Source: Oculina patagonica (lineage: Eukaryota). From it: a stretch of DNA of 64,000 bases. The notes under the pieces are model-generated. The model was not told the origin of the DNA and searched no databases. It saw only the letters and a program-made list of their open reading frames with translations. Location: contig NC_135770.1 of the NCBI RefSeq assembly GCF_052425735.1, positions 21,824,001 through 21,888,000 of the forward strand. The letters are read 5' to 3'. This document shows, piece by piece, positions 23,901-36,698 of this stretch (positions are counted from its first letter, which is position 1; each line of letters opens with the position of its first letter). Made by a program: the position numbers and the translations under genes.

Positions 23901-25083
23901 CGAATGAAGTTTTTCCGGCGTATATTTCAGAAAATGTTAGAGATGAAGTTTGCTTTGACTGCCTGTGGGAGAGTTATTTATCTGTAAATAAACTGATATT
24001 TATTGAAAGTGTTGGGGTTGATTTGTTTTCACTGGGAAGGGGAAGAGGTTGACTATCAGATAAGTCCACCCTTAATTAGCTATAAAACCGGTTTGGGGAA
24101 ACTAGTGTCTTCGGTAAATCTTCGTAGAAGTAACCGAAGAGTTGCCGATTGCCGGGTTAACGTCACAAAAGAAACGTTCAGTTACTTGGCAACTGTTGAC
24201 TCCGTTCTCGGGAAGGCGGTCTAGAAGATGCGAATCTGACCGAAAACCAGCGATACTTGCTGTACTCAACTGTGTGGAAGTAGAAAGTAATTGAATGAAC
24301 GAGCTCGCAAGCTTGCGTTGGCTGACCATGCCTGAGAAAAATTCGGTCGTTTATTTCTTTCTCTTGTAAGAATTTTTTTTTAACCTTTCTGGCTTCAAAA
24401 ACGACGGTAAAAACTCCCAGGAAAATGATAAAAAACCCAGGCTCCTGAGGTCAAAAAGTGAGAAAAAATAACGCCCTTTTCAAAATATCAGAGGGATGAG
24501 TTAATGGAAACTCTTGTTTTATTCCCTCAGTCTTCGAAGGAAGTTAGACTTAAATGTAACATTCGAAAATGCCGGCCCAATTTCTATAACTTTTGCGAAC
24601 TAAAATTCACCAAAATCTGCCAAAAAAGGCGCACAAATCAGCCAGTACTCAGTTTGCCTACCCCTATTCAAAGGAATGTTGCGACCCTGGTCATAGTTGT
24701 CTTTAAAATATGGCGTAACTTTATGTCTATGTACAGCACCCTGCCTCCAAACCACTTAACAAAGAAACAGGTCAACAACATTACAAAAACAACAACACCA
24801 TAAACCTTTATTGTTACTTCTTGCATGCAGGCTTCGATTCGCAAAAAAGCACATTAAATTAATTTTCGCTTGTAAATATCAAGCTTGAACCAATTTTTTG
24901 TACGAGATAATTTATTCATTTAACCGTGAATGAATTCGAAAAAACATCGTCGACATTTATCAAGAGACTCAAATTCATTGTGTAATGTTCACTTTTTTGT
25001 AGTTAAAATTGTTAACTCAGTTCTCGGCAGTAAGCCAGCTTGGGTGAAAAGCTAGTCTTGGTTTGGGACAAAACGTTAATTTC

Positions 25084-25557
25084 CTAGGAAAGCCTTTCCC
25101 CTCGGATCCTGAGAGCCAGTTGCATGTCACGAGCCATGATCGTAACCCGCCGGGCGTGGATGGCGCACAAATTCACGTCCTCGAACAAGCTAACGATGTA
25201 TGACTCAGCCGCTTCCTGAAGCGCTAGCAATGCTGTGGGTTGAAATCTCAAGCCTGGAGCAAAATGTTGCGAAATTTCACGGACAAGGCGTTGGAAGGCG
25301 ATCTTCCTAATGAGGAGATCCGTGGTTCGCTGATATCTTCGAATTTCTCTCAAAGCCAGTGTTCCTGGGCAATACCTCGCCCTTTTCTTTATCGGACGAG
25401 TGGTGATCGGGAGGGCTGATATTTTCAGCGGAGAAATTGGAAGTATTGCCATTTCTTCGTCTTCGACCTCCTTCTTTTTGAAGCGCACAGACTGGTTAGG
25501 ACAAAATCTGTAGTTTCCTACTCTGCGGCTCTCAACGGTTTGTTTTATCCTTACCAT
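25084..25557 (-). CDS. Divergent histone H3 variant, intronless, 157 aa
   Basis: Histone fold [87 protein letters not shown]; MVRIKQT start; the ORF is intact. Confidence 0.93.
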   Translation of the reverse strand: MVRIKQTVESRRVGNYRFCPNQSVRFKKKEVEDEEMAILPISPLKISALPITTRPIKKRARYCPGTLALREIRRYQRTTDLLIRKIAFQRLVREISQHFAPGLRFQPTALLALQEAAESYIVSLFEDVNLCAIHARRVTIMARDMQLALRIRGERLS

Positions 25558-25594
25558 CCCTTCGTAAGCAGGTAAACTGTACCGCCAAAGAGAA

Positions 25595-25602
25595 TATTTA
25601 TA
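25595..25602 (-). promoter_or_regulatory. TATA box of the H3 variant
   Basis: TATAAATA on the minus strand ~38 bp upstream of the ATG. Confidence 0.55.
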
Positions 25603-26949
25603 GTGAGTAATTTTTCAGACCTATGACAAAAACAAAGAAAAGAATATTATACAGTCTACTCCCGATAACTCGAACCCTCGCTACTCCTCCTTCCTTTTCT
25701 ACCTAAACTTGCATAACCGTGGGAGGCTGGGGTAGCTACATCAAGACCTTTTTACGCCTCCCCTACAAGGTTAGTTAAACTTTTTAAGCCCCTCCCCCCA
25801 ACGCCATTAGGGAAAATTTTTGTCCTCCCCCTTCCCCCACAACTGACACCAAAAACTAAGTGACCAACAAAGAAAGAAGTACGAGCTACTTGAACAAGGA
25901 AGTTTCTCTTTGCTTTACTAAAAATGGACATCAGGTGCTTGTCAACCAAAACTTTTTAGACCTCCCTTTCGTGATGTGAAAACCTTTTTGCCCCTACATT
26001 GAACAGGCGACCAAACATTTTTCAGCCTCCCCCTTTCATTCACCAACCTCCCTTCCCATAAATAATGACCACTCCCCTATTTTATTTTTCGCGGGGCTTT
26101 CCGACACTAACTTGCGACATACATCGACTACTTTTTTGCCTCGTTTACGTCGTTTCGCTGTAAAAGCTTTGCAGAATATTAATTTCATACAACCTTCTCA
26201 GACCTCAAAAACAAAAATCGTCTCTCCGTAAACATTGCCTTTAACGAGGTTTTTATTTGCTAGAAGTGGCACGGACTGCAGCATTTGCACACGGCTCTCG
26301 GCAAGACACTTTACTCGCTCGGCACGGAGCCTGTCTCCACCCAGGAAAAAAAAAAATAATAAAAAAATATAATACCATCAGAGTTATAAAGCCCGGAAAA
26401 AATGGCCAAGATGAAATTAAATTTAATTTAACTATGCAAAGTGACCCACTCTTAAAAGAACCATCCCTTTCCTTGTAACTTGGCCAACTATAATGAAATT
26501 TTCTTATCATTAGTGCAAAATATTTATTAAAGACGTTCAGTCTCTTCAGTCTTTTATGGACAGTTGCATAGCTTGCCTATCTAAAATTGTACCAAAATAG
26601 GCAAAACTTACGAGTATAAACGGGCGAAAATTAAAGGTGATGTCCAATGGTGAAATAGATACAAAATTACAAATTACAGGGTCGATTTATACAAAGGTTA
26701 GAGTATGAGTTCACTTCTGTTTAGCGCATTAACAAATACAATTTGTATGTACTTACGGTAGAAAACTCACGCTAGCCATTCTTCCAGGTGTTAGCGAAGA
26801 TATTCAAGTTGAAAAATACTGCGGAATATACAAAAATAAGTTCTACTACAAATTGCAAACTCTGCGTAAACGATAACTTTAAATTTTAAAAGGCAAAGCG
26901 ACAGGAAAAGAAAACATTTGACGACGCGCCGCGGCACCTAACTAGAAAC

Positions 26950-26990
26950 GGCGGGAAAATCAATTTACATTTACTTCCGGTCACGTGATG
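26950..26990 (+). promoter_or_regulatory. NENF proximal promoter: E2F-like, ETS and E-box/CLEAR-like motifs
   Basis: ggcgggaaa, acttccgg and gtcacgtgat cluster 85-125 bp upstream of the ATG. Confidence 0.45.
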
Positions 26991-27073
26991 ATATGGCTGG
27001 GCTATTTTGGTCACTTTTGGTCACGCCAGACTCCACAATATTGTGTGAATTTTCCGTCTTTTGGGCGACAAAA

Positions 27074-28212
27074 ATGGAGCTCGTTTGTGCAGTGTTTGCT
27101 TGTTTGTTGTCCATTCTGATCACTGCTTCAGCAGGAGCAGACGTTACTCTTGAAAACGATGATGACATAATTCACTCGCCATTCTCTGAAGGCACAGGAA
27201 ACGATGCTCACGGACTGCACGGGTACAAAGTCTTCACGAAGGAAGAGCTATCCCAATACAACGGCGACAAAGTAAGTCCTTCTGTTAGCTGCGTAGTTTT
27301 AGAAGGTTCTTTTTTAAATGCTTTTGACTGTTTTGATCTTCCTGGTTAGTGGTATAATTATTTAATCGCTTATTGCGTGAGTTGGAGAGATCGATCTTTG
27401 ATTACGTTCGTGACAATTTGTGGTTTGTCGGTTTTCATTTCAGCCCGATCTTCCAGTTTACGTTGCGATCAAGGGAGTCGTGTTCGATGTTTCTGAATCC
27501 AGAAGTAAGATTATTTTAAGAATCATGTTTTGCAGGTTGTAATACATTTTATTTCAGTTTATTTGCTCCATCTAATGAGTTTATTTGAAGTTGTTTGTTT
27601 GAAGGTTCAACAAACAAGACGCAACCTATATTCGACTTCCTGTATAAAATATGCATTTTCTTTCTTTTGTGTAGAGGTTTATGGAGCTGGGGGATCGTAT
27701 AATGTGTTCTCTGGTAAGGATGCATCAAGAGCTATAGCCAAATGGTCCATGTCACCGGAAGATCTCAATGATAACTTGGTGAGAACAACTGCAGTACGAG
27801 TCTGCAGTGCTGTGACGTCATACCTCTTCATTAAATACTTAAAATATCGCAATTTCTCTCGCATGGAGCAGAGTGGCGCAGCGGAAGCGTGCTGGGCCCA
27901 TAACCCAGAGGTCCGAGGATCAAAACCTCGCTCTGCTAAACCTTTTTTTTTCTTTTTCTTTGTCCCTTATATTAATTCCCTTTTTGATTTATCCCTCTTT
28001 TTTTTAATTTATCAAGCTCGAATGACTGGTTTTTTTTTCTGTTTAAATTTCAAATCCAGGATGACCTCTCGGAAGCCGACCTGAAGCGTTTGGATGACAT
28101 CTACAAGAAACTTTATGTGGCGAAGTATCCAAAAGTGGGTTATGTCGAAGGACACGAGCCACAACATGAAGATAATCTTACTGTGAAAAGGAAGAAAAAC
28201 ATAGAACTTTGA
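27074..28212 (+). CDS. NENF: Neudesin (MAPR family cytochrome b5-like heme/steroid-binding protein)
   Basis: Exons 27074-27271, 27444-27504, 27675-27778, 28060-28212. Signal peptide followed by FTKEELSQYNG..PDLPVYVAIKGVVFDVS..VYGAGGSYNVFSGKDASRAIAKWSM..AKYPKVGY; C-terminal NIEL is KDEL-like. Confidence 0.92.
27867..27938 (+). tRNA. Initiator tRNA-Met (CAT), in NENF intron 3
   Basis: AGCAGAGTGGCGCAGCGGAAGCGTGCTGGGCCCATAACCCAGAGGTCCGAGGATCAAAACCTCGCTCTGCTA: 72 nt, A1-U72 pair, initiator-type T-loop, followed by an oligo-T Pol III terminator. Confidence 0.96.
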
Positions 28213-29613
28213 AAAGTTTCACAACTCGCTCAAAGCGATCAAAAGAAGTGCTGTACTTTCTTTCAAAACCACAGGCAAACCAAACGTAAACTTTCCTGCA
28301 TAGCGCATAGAAATCAATAAATGACCGCCTTTTTCCTTCAAAGTTTGGAAACATATTAATTTTACCTTATGGACCGTTGCCTGTGGTGGCAAATCCCTCT
28401 TTTTAGTCGTTTACCGATTTGGGTCATTTTTTGTAAAGGAAACTTTTGAAATACGTTTGGTTAGCTTGTGGTGAAAGGCAACTTCAAGTTTTGAAGAATA
28501 TTTTTTCCTTCGATCAAGAATCTCTCAGTTTTTTTAACAAGCACGATTGTGCACTTTTCAGAACAACAGCGCTAGAATCACAGGTTGTCAGGAACAACAA
28601 AATTTAACAACGTTTACCCAGTAGGTAGTCTTGAAGAATATACTGGTTTAGTTAACATATCTCTTTTTAAAAAATAAAATCAACGAGACAACTCGAATGG
28701 AGATCTTTTTTTTAAAAAAAATGTCAAACTGTTTTGTCAAATATATAATTTTTATTTCTCAGGATTCACAGAAGTAAACTTAATTAAGGTCGCTGTATTT
28801 TTTTTATATTCCTAAAATCGTAATAAAGAGCACACCTAGAACAAGCAAGATTCTCTTTATTTTCTTCATTGCCAAGTGAGCACTCAAGTTGAAAATGTTT
28901 TTTTTTTTGGGGGGGGGCGGGGGGAGGGGGGGGAGAGGGGTACAGAGTTGCCAGTTTAGTGTTCATATAATATTTTACTGAGATTTTTTGGGAGGTAACA
29001 ATGATTGGTATATGATCGTGGACATCTTTTGCTATTTGCAATATTTGATAAAGGGCACTATAGTTTAATAGCATGAAAGAGCCTGGGGCATGATGAACAA
29101 GTGGCACTGGGGAAACATGATTTGATTGGCTAGATTTTTAACAAAGAAAATTTAAATTTAGCCAATCAAATCAACCATAGTAAAATCCCTTACAACAAAG
29201 GGATTTTAAAACGGTTGATTTGATGCACATTTTTTACGGGGGGGGGGGGGAGGTGAGGGTGGTGTTAAATAAATAAATAATGACTACATTCACACCTCGG
29301 TCACTTTCTTGTTTCAGTCTCTCCTATGCCAAATTTTAAGGCTCCTCAAGGGTTCTAAATTTGAGTTTTTTTTTCAGTTTCCTAGATTTGTCTTTCAATT
29401 TCTCTATTCTTATCCAGCCAGATATGGCTTTCCTGGTATGCATTAGCAATCTAAACAAGGAAAAAACCGTACTTATAACTTAGTTAATAATACTGTACTG
29501 ATCAGTTTATGGACTGCACAGCAACACTATTCTTTCTTTTCCTCAAGAAAAGAGAACAACTTCTGCCAGTCCACAAGCATTTAAATTAGTGACTCCAAAA
29601 TTAATATTCTTTT

Positions 29614-32600
29614 TCAAGCGTGGCTTGCAAGTACATTGAAGAAATGATAAACTTCATCACTATCGTACACAGCCACCTCGGAGTTACATTCTGTGCAAGT
29701 GACTGGATGATAACGTTCCTGCGCAGCACTGCCAGCTGAACTTAAATTGTCTTCCTCCTTTGTGTGCTGAACTAGTTTTCCTTTTTGTGCTTTCTTTCTC
29801 TTTTTCCCTGACGGATGTTGTTGAGACGGCTCATATCTTAATACTTCATCTTCTGTGACTTTGCAGTTCATCACGAACATGGCTCTGTATTGGCTTTTGT
29901 ACAGCTCATGTCTGCAGTGAAGAAATTAAACAACAAAAAATGTTGTCACCCACATTAAAAGCATTGAATTNNNNNNNNNNNNNNNNNNNNNNNNNNNNNN
30001 NNNNNNNNNNNNNNNNNNNNNNNNNNNNNNNNNNNNNNNNNNNNNNNNNNNNNNNNNNNNNNNNNNNNNNNNNNNNNNNNNNNNNNNNNNNNNNNNNNNN
30101 NNNNNNNNCCACAGAGTGGCTCTTCGCCTGCCCGATCCTAACTAAATTTACAGATCTATGTAAAAGTTTAAAAAATATCTAAGAATTTATATTTACATGA
30201 AAACGAGATAAAATTGTATTAAAACGATATAAGAACTCATTATTGTAATTATGTGAATTATAGTATATAAAACAAAAAGTGTGTAAAGTTATAAAACAAC
30301 AAAATTAATAATATACTGTAATGTTTAATAAGCATAACCCAGTGACTAAGGGATCGAAACTTGAAATCTGATTGGCTACACAAAGGGGGTCCAATTTTCC
30401 ACTGATCATAGACGACTACCCTGGAAGTGAGTGCAAGCGAAGTTACCAAAACTAAATGTGTAGTTCCATAAATTATCCATACCTCCCCCATGGAAGGGTT
30501 TTTTCCTAAGACCCCCCACCCCCTCTGGAAATTCCAATTAAGCTTGATACATTTCCTAAATATTTTTGGCCTTTGAAACCCCTCCCACCCCCAGGAATTT
30601 CCAATCCCTTCTGTGGGGGGAGTATGGACATTTTCTGGAACCACACAATAAACCACCTTCACTAAACTTTTTGTTGAATAGATTCATGGTCTCTGGGTTA
30701 TGCTAAAACAATCAGAAGGCTTGCTCTCAGTTTCCATCACTCTCCCCTTGCCAACAGAACTATCAGCCGATTGCAATCCTACTGTGTGATAGCCTTAGAG
30801 AACAGAGTCATTTGAAAAAATTAAACCAGAACAAAAAAATTAAACCAGTTTCCAGAGAAAAAATTGAACTATACAACATACTCATTCTGCAGATAATTTT
30901 ATAGGTGCCCTATTGTAGATTGCTTGTTATTTATTTTGAAGCAGCAGAGTACATATGTTTTCTGTTTCACTTTGTAACAGTTACAGAATTCCAGCATGTA
31001 AGTGTATGCACAGAGATTTTCAGATAAAAAGTCCCTTTCAAATTATATTTACATAACCACAACTAACCTTTGGCAGTCAATGCATAATGTAGTCATGCAA
31101 GCTGGACATGATAAGATAGCGTCACTTGAAGGGACTTTTTCCACACTCTGTTTGGACTTTTTTGTTTTCTTTTTATATGTTGAATCAGCTCCTTGATTCT
31201 CAGTTGGGCCTGTTAAATTTGGATTGTTCATTTTCTGTTGTGCTGCGGACCAAATAGATGGGAAAAAATATTTGTACTTGTTACATGTTGTATAAATATT
31301 CAATATTAAATTTGTTTTGGAATAATGTAACTCGAAGATGGGATGAATGATCAATAAGAGACAGTGTGGTTATAGAAAAGTGGTATTTACTAATAAAAAT
31401 AAAAACTCTTCAGGTGGCTGGAAAACTGCTACATTGAATGGATGGCCAAAAGGAAAAGTGAAGCTTCAAGGGCAACTGTGAAATTTGGAGAACAGTCTTT
31501 AGCCAAGCAAGCCAGAAATGGGTAAAAAGGGTAAAGCCTCGAGCCAAGTGGCCCATTCTTGCCAGAGCTTATCCTGGTTTCTGTAGCATTAAGCAGCTAG
31601 GAGTATTTCTACTCCCCCCTGGATTGGATGTTAGTCCAACACAGGGTTACCCCCGGCAGTAAATTCGCCGGTACCCATTTATACACCTGGGTGGAGAGGA
31701 GCACTATGAGAGTAACGTGTCTTGCCCAAGAATACAACACAGTGACCCCAGCAACGGCTCGAACCTAGACCGTTTGCTCTGGATTTCAGCGCAATTTTGT
31801 TACTGATCAGGTAGGGTATATTGTTGATACTGATATTCCGATATTGTACCGTGTGATATGTTTTGTCCAGTGAGAGTGAGCAGGCAATGGTCAGTGGTTA
31901 GTGCCTTGCAATGAAATCGCAGACATGTTATCCAGTTTTCTGTGCACTTTGTTGCTGGCTTTGGTAGTTTACAAATTTCACCACACAGTGAGATTTTCAA
32001 AAATTGTGATAGCAGTTAGTTCATTGGTCCTAAACCCCCCTCTTAATACCCTCTTAATAAGAACTGTACTGTTATTTAATTAATTAACACACAAATTTGA
32101 GAACAGACCTTTCTGTCTGTGATCCTGTCTCTGTTTTATGACCCACTGTTCATCTTCATCATCCATGTCTGGATCATACAGTAGTTCATCATTTGTTAAC
32201 ATTTTTCTTCTTTCTTTTGATTTGGATGCTTGCCCACCGACTAGATGTTCATCATCCGAGCCTGAACTAAAGTATTCTTCTGCGTACATGTCATTCGTGC
32301 CTTCAGTGGTGCCACTGCTGTGTGTGTTGTTACCATTTGTACTTGCATCATTCATGTTTTTATCTAAATCACTGTTTACCGTCTGTACAGTTTGGTCACC
32401 TAACAATTAAATAAACAAAACATCAATCCGGTTGAATCCCGATAACTTGAACCCTCAATAACTCGAACCTCTCACTAACTGGAACCTTTTTCGATTCCCC
32501 TCTCGGTATTTTTTTTTACTAATTTTACCCTAAATAACTCGAGCTCCTGATAACTCAAACCTTTTTCGATTTCCCTTGAAGGTTTGAGTAATCAGGATTT

Positions 32601-33562
32601 AAATGTACATTTACAAATAAAAACTATATTAATTTTTTTTTCCAAAAACACTATAATTACTTGTCCTGCAGTAACACTGTAATAATAAACAATTATTGGA
32701 TGAGGTTTTTGTGATATCCGGAATAATCAAGGTCGAGGCAAGTGTTATCAGCCGAAGCCGAAGGCTGAGGCTGATAACACTTACAGAGACCTCAAGATTA
32801 TTCCGAATATCACATAAACCGAATCTAATAATTGTTTTATTATACATTGTTTTTCTGGAAAAGAAAGTAATGACAAACGATTTTAACCTGTTTCAAAACT
32901 TATGCTAATTCCGGCTGGTTGTCCTACTAACTTGTGAATGCTTTTCCTCAAAGTATCTCCTGGAGTAGTTCCTACCCAATTTTTGTTAATCATTTTGTGT
33001 TTTCTGAGACTTAATTGCGCACGCACATTAATTCCAACAAAACTGCCAGTTACACAGGTTAGATTCGTCTACACTATAGTCATTCAATAAACTAACTGTG
33101 TTGTATAATAATTTATTTATTATGTTATTTACAAATTTTTGATTTGGCTTGCGTTTGTAAAATTGATACAACAAGGTCATTTGAAGGCGTGAGCGCAAGA
33201 GACGCACTTTGTGTTTTGGCCAAATTGAGAGATTGTCACAAACAACTCCAAATTTCGCACGCAAGTTCGTTTACGTGTGCTTAACACTGCCCTGTATTTA
33301 ATTTTGCTGGTCTTTCCTTCGTTTTCGAAAAATAGCACATGCAAAAAGACAAGGTTTTTGCTTGTGCGGCGTCTTTTGACTTTTCTTTTACAAACGATAA
33401 ACAAAGGAAACCTTTTGTTTCTCAAGACGATGAAGTCAGCTAAATTTTTAGGGTTACAGTCCTAGCCCTAACGCAAAAGGTAACCCCAAGGCCGTAGGGT
33501 CGGGGTTAGAGTTTCAGATTAGGGTTACAGACTTAGCCCTAACGCAAAAGCCTAGCCCTAAC

Positions 33563-33607
<45 letters not shown>

Positions 33608-36479
33608 AACACTAACCCCAAGGGATTAGGGAGTTAAGCCATTTCAAGTTAAGTGTAGGATCAGAGTCAGCCTCAACCTTTTATAGATCGCGCTTTTAAT
33701 GCAGTAAGCTTTCACGCCAGTTTGCTTGCAGCTAGCTTTTCTGCAGTCTGCTTGCGGTTAGCTAGTTTTTGTTGTTTCGGGCAAGACTATTTTACTCTGT
33801 TTAGTGTTACCGTTAGCTGTAATTTGCCGAGGTGAAAGTGAAATAAAGACTGATTGTTGATTGAATACGTTTGCTCGTGTTGTCACATTATACTAGTTTT
33901 GCTTTCAGTTGAGTGCTGCTGGCTTGCTCTCACTTCTATCTCCACTCCTTACATCATCACACATCTACAAAATCCCGCGAAAACAAGATAAACTTATGAG
34001 GTTTTCGTTCGCACGAATCGATAGATTGATTGATGAATATTTAATGAGACACAGAAAATATTTTGCGAAGGGAAGGTGCCCTGGGGATCGGAACATATAA
34101 AGAATGTTTTAAAGTCTAAAACCAGGTCACTTCTCGGCAACTTTGTCGCGGCAGAACCCAAGCGGACCCTGTAAAACTGGCGTTGACGAAGTTCCCGTCA
34201 AGAAACCTCTTGTTTTAGACTCTCTGTGCGGCCAGGCTCAAAACTACCTTGTTTGCAACGTTTTTTCCGAAGCGCTAAACAGCGCTGTTGTACAAAACAA
34301 AGGCAGAAACATCACTCAGTTCTTCGAGCGATGCTGTAAACTTACGGGTATTCAGACTTAATGATGTTCCTCAACCACCTGGCAGCCGCACTTACGCTAA
34401 AACTAACCAAAGGCTTCAAATGATTTTTAGGAACAAACAGCCATTTTTTTTCTCTCTTTCCTCTCACGTGACATCTATCAGGTGACATCGCGTCACAATG
34501 TGTTATCCAGTCCTTTTCGTAGAGCGAATCCTCAAAATGGTGGCTAGGAACTAAAAAGCATGGCTCTGACACGTTTTTCAACCTCTCCGGACAGTTAAAT
34601 AACGCTAGAAGGAAAGATTTACATTTGATGTGTCGAAAAACTTATGCTGCTGGCTGACTGTGGAGAACGTAAGCTTTGCAAAATGCCTTTGTTCTTTGCA
34701 TACGTAATTTCTAAAAAACGAAGCTAGGTTCAGTGAATTTGAATACAGATCAATGTTAAGCACACGTAAACGAACTTGCGTGCAAAAATTGGAGTTGTTT
34801 GTGACAATTTTTTAATTTGGCCAATACACAAAGTGCGTTTCTTGCGCTTAAGCCTTCATTTGTTCTCTAGTAAACAAGAGGAGGTGATTGTAACAGAGAA
34901 AGTCTGTTGGTAGCTCTCTGGATGGGTTAGGTGATGTGCTGATTAAACAGTATAAAAAGATAGGAGGGGACGATCCTACCAGGATCATTCTCGTAGCTTC
35001 TCATCACACTTTCTAGTTCCATATCCATTTCTTTCTCAAACTCATCCTCACTGCTAGATTCTGCCTCTTGCTTTTGACGTTTTAATCCTCCCACTGTGAT
35101 GGCAAGTTCGTCATCAGAACTATAACAGTCAACAGGAAAATATTTGTTAAAGTAGTTGCATTTTACCCCAGAGCTAAATACACTTGGAAAGCATTTCGTA
35201 CAATGGGAGGTTAGTAAATCCAATTTTCAATTTCAAGTGAAATTCCTGCATTGCTGATTGGTTGACAGTCTATTCCAGTAAGTGTGTTTTCTTATGTGGT
35301 GGGTACCCACTGGTACCTTTATAGGAAGAAAACATTAGTGACTAAATACAGGAATTGCTCTAAGCTTTTGACTGTTTCCTTGTGTTCGTTTTTAGCTTTT
35401 TAATGTGAAAACGTGTTTGTCAGTTAAAGCTGAAAATGAAATAGCTCAAATTTTTCAGCTACGTGTGAGAAATCAGTCCATAGGTTAAGATTGCAGTTTT
35501 CGACCCACAAGAGTGAGACATGCGCCTAAGGCATGGTGTATGCCTCACCTAGGCCAACTCTCCTGGATTACCTGGGAGTCTCTCGGATACAGGATGAATC
35601 TCCCGATCTCTCGTACGGGTCATCAAATCTCCCAGATACAAAAGATAAGAGCTTAAAATACGTTTTTCACACTTATTTTGGCCGATGCTGGGAGAAATTT
35701 TAAAATATTTGACACATTTTTGTGAATGGCTTGATGGAGCTCTATTTTTAACGCCATTTTGGGGGTCAAGAAGAAGTATTGACACAAAATTGGTGGTCTC
35801 CCAGATTTTGATGTCAACTGCCAATCTTCTGTCTGAAGACCTGAGACGTGACTGACATTCATTCAAGAGGTCACTGCACATGCACAATTTCAGCATTCTT
35901 GCCCCTGTACGTGGGGAGTTGCTTTTCCAGGCTCTTACCGAAAAAATATTAAGTACAACAGCTATTTCAGTCCTAAAACATCCAAGAACTACCAGAAGTA
36001 GTTCCACATACATCAAATTTGCACATTTTAAAACGGGTTTGCTACAGGAACCCAGAGAAAACTTCAACTCACACACACATGGTAAACCCATAAAAATGCG
36101 TCACATATTTTCTGTGCTATGAAATCGTCACTTTAGGTCACCCGGGGTTGTTTTTACGTCACTACAACGTAGACTTGCATTTTTGGATACAAAATGCGAC
36201 TGTACGCATAAATTTTCACAGAGCAGATTTAAAACAACGACAAAACAGCATCAATTTCCATACAAGTACATTAACATAACGTATGTTAGTGCGAAATTCG
36301 TCGAGCATTTGTGTCAAGAAGACATATTCAACCAGGCGTCAAGTTCGCAAAGTCGAGAGAGGCAGGCAAAGCTGAGATTAATTGAAGTACCTCTCGTTTC
36401 TGTCATCATCTGAGCTGCTATAGCCTCCTATGTTGTAAGGATCCTCGTCATTCATGATAATCTTCTTGGGAATATTCAT
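29614..36479 (-). CDS. EAPP: E2F-associated phosphoprotein
   Basis: Exons 36479-36391, 35119-34980, 32399-32109, 31242-31068, 29911-29614. Motifs [57 protein letters not shown] and YHPVTCTECNSEVAVYDSDEVYHFFNVLASH. Confidence 0.95.
29971..30108. other. Assembly gap (N run) in the last EAPP intron
   Basis: Run of 138 n. Confidence 1.
30456..30648. mobile_element. Short MITE, same family as 13119-13318, opposite orientation
   Basis: TIRs tgtgtagttccataaattatccatac / gtatggacattttctggaaccacaca. Confidence 0.75.
31520..31795 (-). mobile_element. tRNA-derived CORE-like SINE
   Basis: Reverse-complement relative of 41965-42262 (ccggtacccatttatacacctgggtggagagagg..tgtcttgcccaagaa). Confidence 0.8.
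33183..34857. mobile_element. Non-autonomous DNA transposon with ~105-bp TIRs and 4-bp ATTT target duplication (Sola-like)
   Basis: gaaggcgtgagcgcaagagacgcactttgtg...gtgtgcttaaca is mirrored at 34754-34857; ATTT flanks both ends. Confidence 0.75.
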
Positions 36480-36698
36480 GCTTTTGTTGTTGTAGACTGG
36501 CGAACTTTTCCTTCAAGCGTTCGTATCTTGTCTGCGATCTCGTCGCACAGGGGACTGGTACGAGTACGCTCATGATCAATATATATTTTCTCCTTCCGCT
36601 TTCTAATAGAAACTTCCATTGACAGGTGTTGAGATTCTAATGTTGATCTCTCTTGTGTTTCAACAAGCGCCCAAAGTAATTGTTGGGAGGGAGTGAAG

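Noticed and set aside
25030-25060. Histone 3' stem-loop after the H3 variant
   Set aside because: A weak hairpin (ctagctt/aagctgg) exists but does not fit the 6-bp stem, 4-nt loop GGYYYTTYTHARRRCC consensus.
27530-28084. 184-aa ORF
   Set aside because: It reads through NENF introns and the tRNA; only 27675-27778 is coding.
29906-30182. ORFs containing X runs
   Set aside because: Artefacts of the N gap.
35549-36091. 180-aa minus ORF in EAPP intron 1
   Set aside because: No recognisable domain; it overlaps MITE-like repeat sequence.
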